A stretch of 64,000 bases of DNA from an uncultured Gemmatimonadales bacterium (GTDB lineage Bacteria > Gemmatimonadota > Gemmatimonadetes > Gemmatimonadales > GWC2-71-9). The position numbers and the translations under genes were made by a program. Each line of letters starts with the position of its first letter. Within the stretch, counting starts at the first letter, position 1. This document shows positions 53,811-62,183 of this stretch, in pieces. The stretch lies in NCBI GenBank assembly GCA_963821385.1, contig CAWGDK010000005.1:488907-552906 (forward strand), given 5' to 3'. Under the pieces are notes generated by a model. The model was not told the origin of the DNA and searched no databases. It worked only from the letters and a program-made list of their open reading frames with translations.

Positions 53811-54314
53811 ATGACACAACCGGCGTGGTTACGCGGTCCCATGGCGGGCGTTCCGGCGCTCCTGCAACCCGTCGCTCACGCGTTGATCGACGCGGATGAG
53901 GACGTGCAGCGATGCATCCCTTCCCTCTCGGCAGCGCAGGTTGCCGCACGTCCGAGTGGCGTGGCTTCCGTCGCTTATCACGTGACGCACGCGATCGGAA
54001 GCCTGGACAGGCTCTTGACCTATGCCCGTGGCGAAGGCCTCAATGACGGACAACTCGCCGTGCTCGCGGGCGAGAAGACGTTCGATCCCGGGGGAACGAC
54101 TGGGCGGCAACTCGCCGCGCAATTCGCCGCCGCGATCGGCCGCGCGCAGGCACAGCTCCGCGCGACGGCGGAGTCGGAGCTGCACGTGACGCGGCTGGTC
54201 GGCCGTGCGCGGCTTCCGGCCAGTACGCTGGGACTGCTGTTCCACGCCGCCGAGCATACCGCCCGCCACGTGGGCCAGGTCGTGACCACGGCGAAGCTGG
54301 TGTCAGCCCTCTAG
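53811..54314 (+). CDS. DinB-family (DinB_2-like) metal-dependent protein; possible N-terminal extension into the repeat array (in-frame back to 53538)
   Basis: ORF 53538..54314. The core starts at the ATG at 53811 (MTQPAWLRGPMAGVPALLQPVAHAL) and ends ...LLFHAAEHTARHVGQVVT. Confidence 0.8.
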   Translation: MTQPAWLRGPMAGVPALLQPVAHALIDADEDVQRCIPSLSAAQVAARPSGVASVAYHVTHAIGSLDRLLTYARGEGLNDGQLAVLAGEKTFDPGGTTGRQLAAQFAAAIGRAQAQLRATAESELHVTRLVGRARLPASTLGLLFHAAEHTARHVGQVVTTAKLVSAL

Positions 54315-54409
54315 GCGAGGTGAGCGCCGTGTGCTTTCAGCAGCTGACGCAGCACGGCCCGATGGCAGCGTGATTCAAAGGCTCCTCTTGCGCTCCGCGT
54401 CCGTTCGAT

Positions 54410-54427
54410 ATATGATGGTCATCATAT
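54410..54427. promoter_or_regulatory. 18-bp palindromic candidate TetR operator overlapping the tetR start codon
   Basis: The site is atatgatgGTCatcatat, with inverted half-sites ATATGATG / CATCATAT. A near-identical site lies at 55043. Confidence 0.5.
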
Positions 54428-55022
54428 GAACGCCACCACCTCGGGGCGGACCACCCCAACCCGCAAGGAAGTCACCCACGAACGGATCGTCGGAGCCGCC
54501 GCGCGCGCCATTCGGCGGAGCGGCTACGACGGCACGGGCGTCGCCGACATCATGGAAAAGGTCGGCCTGACCCACGGCGGCTTCTACGCCCATTTTGCCT
54601 CACGCGAAGCGATGCTGGCGGAAGCGGCCGACCGCGCAGGAGCGGAGAGCGTGGCCACACTGACGCGCGTCGCCACGGCCGCGCCGCCCCAGGAGGCGCT
54701 TCGGTCGATGATCCGCGCCTACCTCTCCAAAGACCACGTCGAGAACGCGGAGACCGGCTGTCCGGTGGCCGCCCTTGGCTCGGAGACGCCGCGCCAAGCC
54801 GCGAGGGTACGCCGAGCCGCGACGCGCCGCATCGAGGAAATGATCGATGTCGTCGCCCGGCATTCGCCCGACCAGGGCGAGCCACATGCGTACGAAAACG
54901 CGCTGGTGTCAGTGGCGACGATGGTCGGCGCTCTGGTGTTGGCCCGCGCTGTCGACAAGCCCAAGCTCTCCAAGGCCCTGCGCGAAGCGTCCGTGAAGCA
55001 CTTCGACGCCACCGGCACCTAG
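54426..55022 (+). CDS. TetR/AcrR-family transcriptional regulator
   Basis: ORF 54426..55022 (198 aa). The N-terminal HTH reads RIVGAAARAIRRSGYDGTGVADIMEKVGLTHGGFYAHFASREAML. Confidence 0.85.
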   Translation: MNATTSGRTTPTRKEVTHERIVGAAARAIRRSGYDGTGVADIMEKVGLTHGGFYAHFASREAMLAEAADRAGAESVATLTRVATAAPPQEALRSMIRAYLSKDHVENAETGCPVAALGSETPRQAARVRRAATRRIEEMIDVVARHSPDQGEPHAYENALVSVATMVGALVLARAVDKPKLSKALREASVKHFDATGT

Positions 55023-55042
55023 CGGTTTTTTTGTCCATCAGA

Positions 55043-55060
55043 ATATGATGTTCATCATAC
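55043..55060. promoter_or_regulatory. second copy of the palindromic candidate TetR operator, upstream of the hydrolase gene
   Basis: The site is atatgatgTTCatcatac, 15 nt upstream of the ATG at 55075. Confidence 0.5.
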
Positions 55061-55074
55061 AACCGGAGAGCACT

Positions 55075-55942
55075 ATGAGCTTACGACAACAGTCGCATGC
55101 AGGATCGAGCATCGCGTGGAGCAATGCGCCGACGAAGGCCGTCGATGTCGGCGGGACGAAATTCGTGTACAGGCAGCTTGGGCCTGACACCGGTGTGCCG
55201 GTGATCTTCCTCAACCACCTGGCAGCGGAACTCGACAGGTGGGATCCCCGCGTGGTCGATGGCATCGCGACGAGACGCCGCGTCATCGTCTTCGACAACC
55301 AGGGCATTGGCGCTTCGAAGGGGAAGACTCCAACGTCAGTAGAGGCGATGGCGCGGGACGCTGTGGCGTTCATCCAGGTGCTCGGTTTTGCTCAGGTCGA
55401 CCTGCTTGGCTTCTCCCTTGGCGGTTTCATCTCGCAGGTGATCGCGCAGGACCGACCCGCAACTGGTCCGGAAGATTATCCTCGCGGGCACCGGGCCAGC
55501 CGGAGGCACGGGCATCGACAAGGTGACGTCGGTGACCATGCGCGACATGGCGAAGGGCGCGCTGACGCTCAGGCACCCGGAGTTCTATCTCTTCTTCACC
55601 GGGACGCCCAACGGCCGCAGTGCGGCGCGCGAATTCCTGGGACGACTGAAGGAGCGCACCAAGAATCGCGACAAGGGGGTTTCGATCCCCGCGTTCCGCG
55701 CCCAATTGAAGGCCATACACGCGTGGGGGCGTCAGCGTCCTGCGGATCTGTCGCGCATTCATCACCCGGTTCTGGTGGCGAATGGTGAGCACGACAAGAT
55801 GGTGCCCAGCAGCAACTCGGTCGACCTGGCGCGCCGCCTTCCGAACGCCGAGCTCGTCCTGTATGAGGATGCCGGACATGGGGGCGTCTTCCAGTACCAC
55901 CAGGCGTTCGTGAAAAAGGCTTTGGAGTTCCTTGAAGCGTGA
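55075..55942 (+). pseudogene. alpha/beta-fold hydrolase, one frame disruption near 55455
   Basis: ORF 55045..55788 (VIFLNHLAA, nucleophile elbow LLGFSLGGFISQ) joins ORF 55523..55942 (PVLVANGEHDKMVP, DAGHGGVFQ). Confidence 0.85.
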
Positions 55943-56436
55943 GGCGACGAAGGTCCCCGGCGCCTATGGAAACGAGGTTAAGGCACCACGCCATACTTAT
56001 TCTGGCAATGATGCGTGGGAGCTTACGGGAAGCGTATCGCATATCTCGGCGTGGCCAGTGGTGTGCTCGATTTCTCCAAAGAATGGGAGCGTGATGCGTG
56101 CCCTGAAAGTCCTGCTGGCCTCATCAACGGGGCGTCTTCCTCTGGCGCGGGTCCCTCGGGATCGTCCAGCCGACCGACTTCTACCTCGAGCCCGACGCGC
56201 CCAAGCACGCGATGGATGCCGTCGGAGTCCTCGGGATCACCGACCTGGCGGTGGGTCTCATCCAGCTGGGCATGTGGCGCGTAGCCGACCGCCATCGCGC
56301 TGCCGCGCGAAGGGACTCCGCGTCGGAGGCCGCGAACTCGAAGAGTGCCTCGGTGATCACGACGCCCAGCCACATGCCGAGCGCGTATCAAATGGGCAAC
56401 GTGAAGCGGTTCCATTGGCTCGCTCGCCTTCCGTTT

Positions 56437-56961
56437 CATGGCTTCGTCGCGCGGCTCGGCGCTGCCGCGCGCAACATGTCAGCCAGCCGCTGGCACCGGG
56501 CGTCCCGCTGCGCGGAAAGGAGCTGTGACGGCGAGCGCTCCGCAGACCAGGGCGAGGCCGAGGTATTCCGACAGCTCGAACGGCCCGATGGCGTTCACGG
56601 TCCGGTCGTACGTCATGGCCGACGCCGAACGCGATCGTGTTGCCGACGAGCAGCGCCCACCACGCCCAGCCGTCGCCACGGCGGAAGGCGGTGACGGCGA
56701 TGGCGATCGCCATCAGCCCGAACGCCACGTTGAAGACGCCGTACACCCGGAAGAGCACCTCCATGAACCCGCGTCATCGGCGACGGCCGCGAGTTCCGAC
56801 CACGAGCCCCCGGTGAAGCCCTCGTAACCGGCAGGCAGGATGGGCGCGCCACCCGGTCCGAGCAGGTGCTCCGGCGCGCAGCGCCGCCATGGCGCCCCAC
56901 GCGAGGATCCCGCGTCGGCGACGACGATGAGAATCCAGGCAACACGGCGCAGTCGGTCCAT
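56437..56961 (-). pseudogene. hypothetical 4-TM membrane protein, 2-3 frame disruptions
   Basis: Pieces are in ORFs 56713..56961 (MDRLRRVAWILIVVADAG), 56357..56764 (MEVLFRVYGVFNVAFGLMAIAIAVTAF..WAWWALLVGNTIAFG) and 56479..56679 (GPFELSEYLGLALVCGALAV). The tail QLLSAQRDARCQRLADMLRAAAPSRATKP* comes from my own translation. Confidence 0.4.
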
Positions 56962-56970
56962 GACGTCACC

Positions 56971-57454
56971 TCACGCGGGCAGTCCGCCGGTGAGCTTGAG
57001 GATCCACCGCATGCACGTGTGTCCGAAGTCGACGCCGGCGCCGTACATCATCGGGCAGGCACCGGCGATCACGCTGATGTCGTGTTGCCGGCAGTACTCG
57101 ACGGCCTCCGGCGAGACACTCGATCCCTTTCCCGATGGATTGGTGCATCCACACGCGGCGGACCCCGGCATCGCTGCAGTCGTGCACGATCCGCTCCGTG
57201 GTCTCAGGTCGCGTGATGATCACCACGCCGTCGACCCCGCCCGGGATTGATTGCAGGTCGGGATAACAGCGATCGCCCTCGAAGGTCTGCATGTGCGGAT
57301 TCACCGGGAAGACGTCGTGCCCGGTCTTCTTCAACCGGCGATAGATCAGATTGCCGACCGGGTGGTGGCTGTTGTCGCGCGACACGCCCGCCACCGCGAT
57401 GCGCTTCTGCGCCAGAAAGTCGTGCACCTTGGTTTCGAGGGTCGTTGTCGTCAT
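56971..57454 (-). pseudogene. CoA-binding domain protein (YccU-like), one frame disruption near 57120
   Basis: ORF 56966..57454 (KRIAVAGVSRDNSHHPVGNLIYRRL..VFPVNPH..VDGVVIITRPE..VWMHQ) joins ORF 56971..57171 (EAVEYCRQHDISVIAGACPMMY). Confidence 0.75.
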
Positions 57455-57957
57455 CGCTTCCTCCAGGGCACGCAGCCCTGACTCGTACCGTCCGGCTCAG
57501 TGCTCGCCGTCGTCGCGCGTCGGCCTGCGCGCGCCGCGCAGATCGTCTCGACGTCCTGGGCCGAGAGCCGCGTTTCGGGACGCAGCAGCGTGTAGGGGCC
57601 GGGCATCTTGCCGCTCGACGCGTCGTCGCACGACACGACCAGCAGCGTCCGCTGCTGCTCCGGCGAATACGCGGCCCACTCCGAGAAGTTGACCGCCTTT
57701 CGCCCTTCCGTCACGCCGTACGCCATGAGCCAGGACACGGGCGCGATTTGCGTGTACCACGGCCACACGGTCGCGTTCGAGTGACAGTCGCGGCACGAGC
57801 GATCCAGGACGGCGACCAGTCCGCTCGCCGTCCCCACGTGCGCCTGAATCGTGCGGCTGGCATCAGTCGGCGGGTTCGCGCGCTCGGGACGAACGAGTTG
57901 AGCGGCGGCGAAGACGACGACGAAGACAACGGCGGCCTGCTTCAGTCGTCTGCTCAC
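57451..57957 (-). CDS. haem-binding-domain protein (CHSNxTxWPWY family), membrane-anchored
   Basis: ORF 57451..57957 (168 aa). Motifs: CRDCHSNATVWPWYTQIAPVSWLMAYGVTEGRKAVNFSEW. It forms an ATGA overlap with the downstream CoA-binding gene. Confidence 0.7.
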   Translation of the reverse strand: MSRRLKQAAVVFVVVFAAAQLVRPERANPPTDASRTIQAHVGTASGLVAVLDRSCRDCHSNATVWPWYTQIAPVSWLMAYGVTEGRKAVNFSEWAAYSPEQQRTLLVVSCDDASSGKMPGPYTLLRPETRLSAQDVETICAARAGRRATTASTEPDGTSQGCVPWRKR

Positions 57958-58274
57958 TGGTTCCTCCTGGGTCGGAATCCGGCCACGTCGGACGACTCAA
58001 ATGCCTGGGAAGTGCGGTGCGGTGGGTGAAAACGACGTGAAAACTGTCTGAAAAATCGAAGCCGGAGGCCATGAAAGAGCCCCACAGTCGAAGTCACTGG
58101 GAGGCTTGATCTTCACTCAGTCGGGACGGCGACCGGTAGGGAGTACTTTAGTGCGCGATTGACGGGGCGCGAGCACAGCGAGCGCCGGCCGCAAGCACGC
58201 CGACACGACACGGCCACGCTCTCGTCGTGCCCAAGAAGCAGATGGGCCGCTCGCGCGCCTGAACGGAGCAGAGG

Positions 58275-58652
58275 CTAGGCTGCGACGGCGGCGATCACCG
58301 GACCGGCGGGAATCAATTCCTTCCGGACGGGGTCGATTTTGAGGTTCAACCCCTCCAGCGAGTGCGCACCCAGCAGCGTCATATCCCCGGTTTCGGCGAA
58401 GACCACCAGGTCGGGGGCCTCCGAGCCGGCGGCTCTCACGAGGGCGTACCCAATGTCGCGGTCGATGCGCCGCCCGTCAGCGACGATGAACCCTTGGCGC
58501 CGTTGCGGTCGGACGCCGAGCGCCTCGAGGATGGGACGGGAAATCCAGGTGTACTCGCTGCCCGTATCTACGAGGACGTCTGGCAGCGCCCGCCACGGAG
58601 ACTCTTGGGCCTCCCAATTCCTCACTTCAATGGTCGTGCGAAAGAGCCCCAT
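58275..58652 (-). CDS. retropepsin-like (clan AA) aspartic protease, ~125 aa
   Basis: Within ORF 58275..58922, from the ATG at 58652: MGLFRTTIEV...LPDVLVDTGSEYTWISRPILEALG (DTG active site) ...GDMTLLGAHSLEGLNLKIDP. Confidence 0.75.
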   Translation of the reverse strand: MGLFRTTIEVRNWEAQESPWRALPDVLVDTGSEYTWISRPILEALGVRPQRRQGFIVADGRRIDRDIGYALVRAAGSEAPDLVVFAETGDMTLLGAHSLEGLNLKIDPVRKELIPAGPVIAAVAA

Positions 58653-59430
58653 GTCGTTCACAATGGCCTCCTCGGGTGCTGACTTCGACACCATTTCCTT
58701 GCGATGAGAGACAAATCTACGCCACCGGTGGCTGGGCGTGCTGGCGGCATCGTTGGAGGCGACCAAGGCCCCCGGAGGCGAATGAGAAGAGGCCCCCGCG
58801 ATCGCGGAGGCCTCGAGCCGGCCGGACAGGGCCGGCGTGCCCGTCAGGGCACGAGCGGAGCGAAGTCGCGCAGCGACCGAGCTCAACTGCGACTCGTTAG
58901 GGGTGTGCCCTACGGCGGACAAGCCGGCCGCGAGGCACTCTATCTGCTGCCCTGCGGCGATGTCGCGGCCGTCGTCTGGAATCAGGGCTGGGGGTCGTCA
59001 AGACGATCCTCACGCGAGACCACGCGATTGCGAACATGCAGTCCATGGGTGCGGTTCGCCGCAATCGAAGCGACCTGCGCGAACTGGCCGAGCAGCACTT
59101 CAACGCTGGCGTCAGCAGGAGGAGGAACGCGCTGCTGCGGGGGCGGGGATCGATCCCGGAGGGAAGGCAGGCGAGATCTACGGGGCCGCCTACGGCGCGT
59201 TGGTGAAGGCTCAGTGCTCGAAAATCGAGGCCTCGGAAACAGCAGGACGCCGAAGAACTCCGCTTTCATTCGCCACTCGTGGTCAGCGCGCGCGCGCCTA
59301 GTTATCCGCCATCCTCCCCTATTGTTCCGCAAAACGCCTCTCAATGGCGCAAAAACGCCCTAAGCGCGTCCGGGATACTGCACCTTAGGACACAACCGCA
59401 CGAGGTTGTCGCGGAACAACGCCCCTCGGA

Positions 59431-61000
59431 ATGGCAACCATGGCAACGTCTCTGACCATTTTCAAGATCAGGAGTGGAATTACGAACCATGATGAGATTG
59501 TTGTCAATCGTGACCGCCTCAGAGTGTTTCCAGTCTCGATAAACCGCAACCTGTTAGGCATTCTCTACGTCCAGAGGAACCCTCTCAAGCTACCTAGCTG
59601 GCTAGGGTTCTTCGAAGACATCGTGGATTTCGAAGGTATGGAACTCAGAACAACAGGTGCCAAAGCGGTGCTTGTCATCCAACGAGACGCGAACACTGTG
59701 TTCGCTCTGACGTTTGGATACGGTCGATGGATGATTCAGGACTCTGCGATTGAATCACGCTTTGGCTTGCATGTCACCCTGAACGCGATCGATCCTACCG
59801 GCATTAGATCGATTGACCACAAGAGACTCGAAGCGATTTCCCGGCAGACCCGAGAACAACTGAGTCAGGCCTCCGGACTTCAGTACTTTGGGATGGATGT
59901 GGAGCGGGATCTCTTGAGAGCAGTTACCGGAAAACCACGAGACGCGACGTTGGCCGATCGGCTCGCCGGGGGCGACCAACTCACGGTGATCGGCGACATC
60001 TCAATCCGTGGGCTCAATGCAGCCCTCAGTCGATTTCGCAGCATTGTCGAGGGAAACAGCGTATAGGAGAGATTTTGGTTTCGTCGACTTCATAGCAGAA
60101 GTAACCGATGTGGCGCTTCAAACCCAGCTTGATGCGACGTTGGTCGCGCGGATGCGTAGGCAGGCCCCGCTAGGGGTCTGGCTAGCACCCCCGAGAGATC
60201 TTGAGTCGGGACGAGGTTCGTGGTTTCAGGTACAAGGGCAACGCGAACGCTCCGATCCATGATGATCTGGACTTGGAAGAGTACATCAACGACGCGGGCC
60301 CTCGGCGACAAACAACAATTGAACGCCTTCGCCACGATCGTGTGCGTTTGGTCAGCGCAGTGGATGGAGCGGACCGACAGGAATGGAGTGTCTACCGATG
60401 TTTGGTGGGGGAGCTAACGGTCCGCGACGAAACGTACGTTCTGAACGAGGGGAAATGGTATCGAGTTGATCGCGATTTCCTCGCGGACGTAAACGCGGCG
60501 GTTGGGGCCTTGCCAGCAACCAATGCTCCCCTTCCCCCCTTCCGCCAGCGTTCAGAACGTAGCTACAACCGTCGAACCCAAGAACAATCGGGTGGCCGCT
60601 TCGCCCTACTGGATCGACAAATGATCGTTACTGTAGGGCGCGGTTTGTCGAAAGCTGTGACCTCTTTAGCCTCGAACGTCAGCTCATTCATGTGAAGCGC
60701 TATACCGGTTCGGGGACACTCAGCCATCTCTTCAACCAAGGTGTGGTTTCGGGTGAGCTCCTTGCATATGATCGAACCTTCAGACAGGGCTTCAATGACC
60801 TGTTGCCTGCAACCCATCGAATGGCCCAGCCTGCAGCGGCGATCGTTACTGGAGAGTACGAGGTGGCTTATGCGATCATAGCTCGTCGAGGCACACAGTT
60901 TGTACTGCCATTCTTTAGCAGAGTGACCCTTCGCTACGCCGCGCGCGTGCTTCGCCAGATTGGCTATGCCGTAACATTGACGGCAATTCCTACTCCGTAG
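59431..61000 (+). pseudogene. TIGR04141/DUF6119-like sporadically distributed protein (~520 aa) with a C-terminal PD-(D/E)xK-like motif; 3 frame disruptions (~60055, ~60200, ~60640)
   Basis: ORFs 59431..60066, 60008..60262, 60201..60695 and 60692..61000. My own translation across the last junction gives FVESCDLFSLERQLIHVKRYTGSGTLSHLFNQGVVSGELL. The family assignment is from memory of TIGR04141 sequence style. Local GC is about 50%. Confidence 0.6.
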
Positions 61001-61018
61001 ACTCGATGTCGAAGGATT

Positions 61019-62179
61019 CTACCCTTTGACGCGCTCGTCTAGCCGGCTCCGAAGCCAATTCTCCAACCGTCCCCTCACAGCCAAAGACATCGTACCGGTT
61101 CTCTCGGGATCAGCGAAGGCCGGAAGTCGATCCATATTTCTTCTCACCTCGTACCATCCAGCTTCGATTCCGACCATCAACTCGGCGTGATCGGAGGGAT
61201 CAGCCGTCCCGTCGAAAATGTACTTGAAGGACAAGTTGTCGAACGTCTTGAGATCCTTCGGGTCTCTTTCCGCGCGGAAGAAGGCGGAGGGAATGAGATG
61301 ATCCGTATGGAAGTAGCCCTGATAGTGATCGGACGAGTAGCCTCTGAAAGGCGACGTTTCCTTAGCGGCGATGACTGCCCCGTCTTTGATCTCTGACGAG
61401 CCACGTGGCTGGGCAGTGGACGAGGCCGCGAGGCTTTCGACCGTCCGGGCCTGGGAAGGCGTTGCCGATTGTGCGCATCGCGATCTCCAGATGGCCCACC
61501 TTTTCCTTGTCGCCGAGCATGTCCAGTCCCGCACGCGCGTAGGCAAAGTGCCCTAGCGCGTTCGAGGTGGTCATCACCCCGCCGGGTGTCCTGTGATCGT
61601 GCCACCAGCGTCCGTCGGCTTGTGTGCAGAAGACGTTCGGCAACGTTGAGAATTTCAGGATCCTCGGTCCGCGGCGAAGAAAGACGTATTCTCGCTGAGG
61701 GACAATGGTGTCGTCAGGAATCGGCTCGACTTCCATGTAGAGCTCAAGCAGTCGTCGACACACTTCTTTGAGCCCGTCGCCGGCTCCTTGTCCACCAGGC
61801 TCTTTGAGACAACCAGGATAACGAAGGATGAACTCAGGCCTTCAAGGGCGTACCTCTTCCAGACCTGCCGGTGATCCTGAATCGTGTCTCGTAGGTCATC
61901 ATCGCCCCTGCGCATCCGGAGGATTTCGTCCTCCTCCAGAAGACAGACGAAGACAAACTTGTTCTTGGCCGCGACACGACCGAACACGCACGGCTGATTG
62001 GCTTCGAGCCATCGTGTATACACGGCTCTCTTCTTGTGTTTGTTGTACTTGGAGCTGAAGAGAATCGCATGGACACTCTCGATGTCTTCGGAAAACGGAT
62101 GCTTTTTCCGAAAGGCGTCGCGTGGGCCGCGGTATCGGAGATCGAGGATCATCTCAGCAACGTGTGTGCGCACGCTCAA
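61019..62179 (-). pseudogene. hypothetical ~386-aa protein, last gene of the nuclease-SAVED operon; 2 frame disruptions (~61760, ~61450)
   Basis: ORFs 61655..62179, 61362..61763 and 61019..61546. The start is 4 nt after the SAVED gene's stop. The only weak resemblance is NQPCVFGRVAAKNK, reminiscent of the FPCxFA motif of YqcI/YcgG-family proteins. Confidence 0.55.
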
Positions 62180-62183
62180 CCTC

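Noticed and set aside
55950-56440. Possible small genes between the hydrolase and the 4-TM protein. On the plus strand: ...GIVQPTDFYLEPDAPKHAMDAVGVLGITDLAVGLIQLGMW. On the minus strand: MKRKASEPMEPLHVAHLI... / MWLGVVITEALFEFAASDAESL.
   Set aside because: Codon-position GC suggests plus-strand coding around 56164-56298 and minus-strand coding around 56298-56440. I could not assemble a convincing start-to-stop gene or recognise a family, so it is left unannotated.
58860-59300. A GC-rich plus-strand coding-looking stretch (…EALYLLPCGDVAAVVWNQGWG / VVKTILTRDHAIANMQSMGAVRRNRSDLRELAEQHFNAGV…) just outside the low-GC island.
   Set aside because: The third-position GC looks like coding and the peptide looks protein-like. 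However, it needs at least two frame changes, I see no clear start, and I recognise no family. It is not reported as a feature.
59320-59425. Short repeats (cgcaaaacgcc x2) and a 6-bp stem hairpin (acaacc-gcacga-ggttgt) upstream of the DUF6119-like gene, considered as att site or operator candidates.
   Set aside because: They are too short and imperfect to distinguish from chance. There is no integrase or matching distal repeat within the window.
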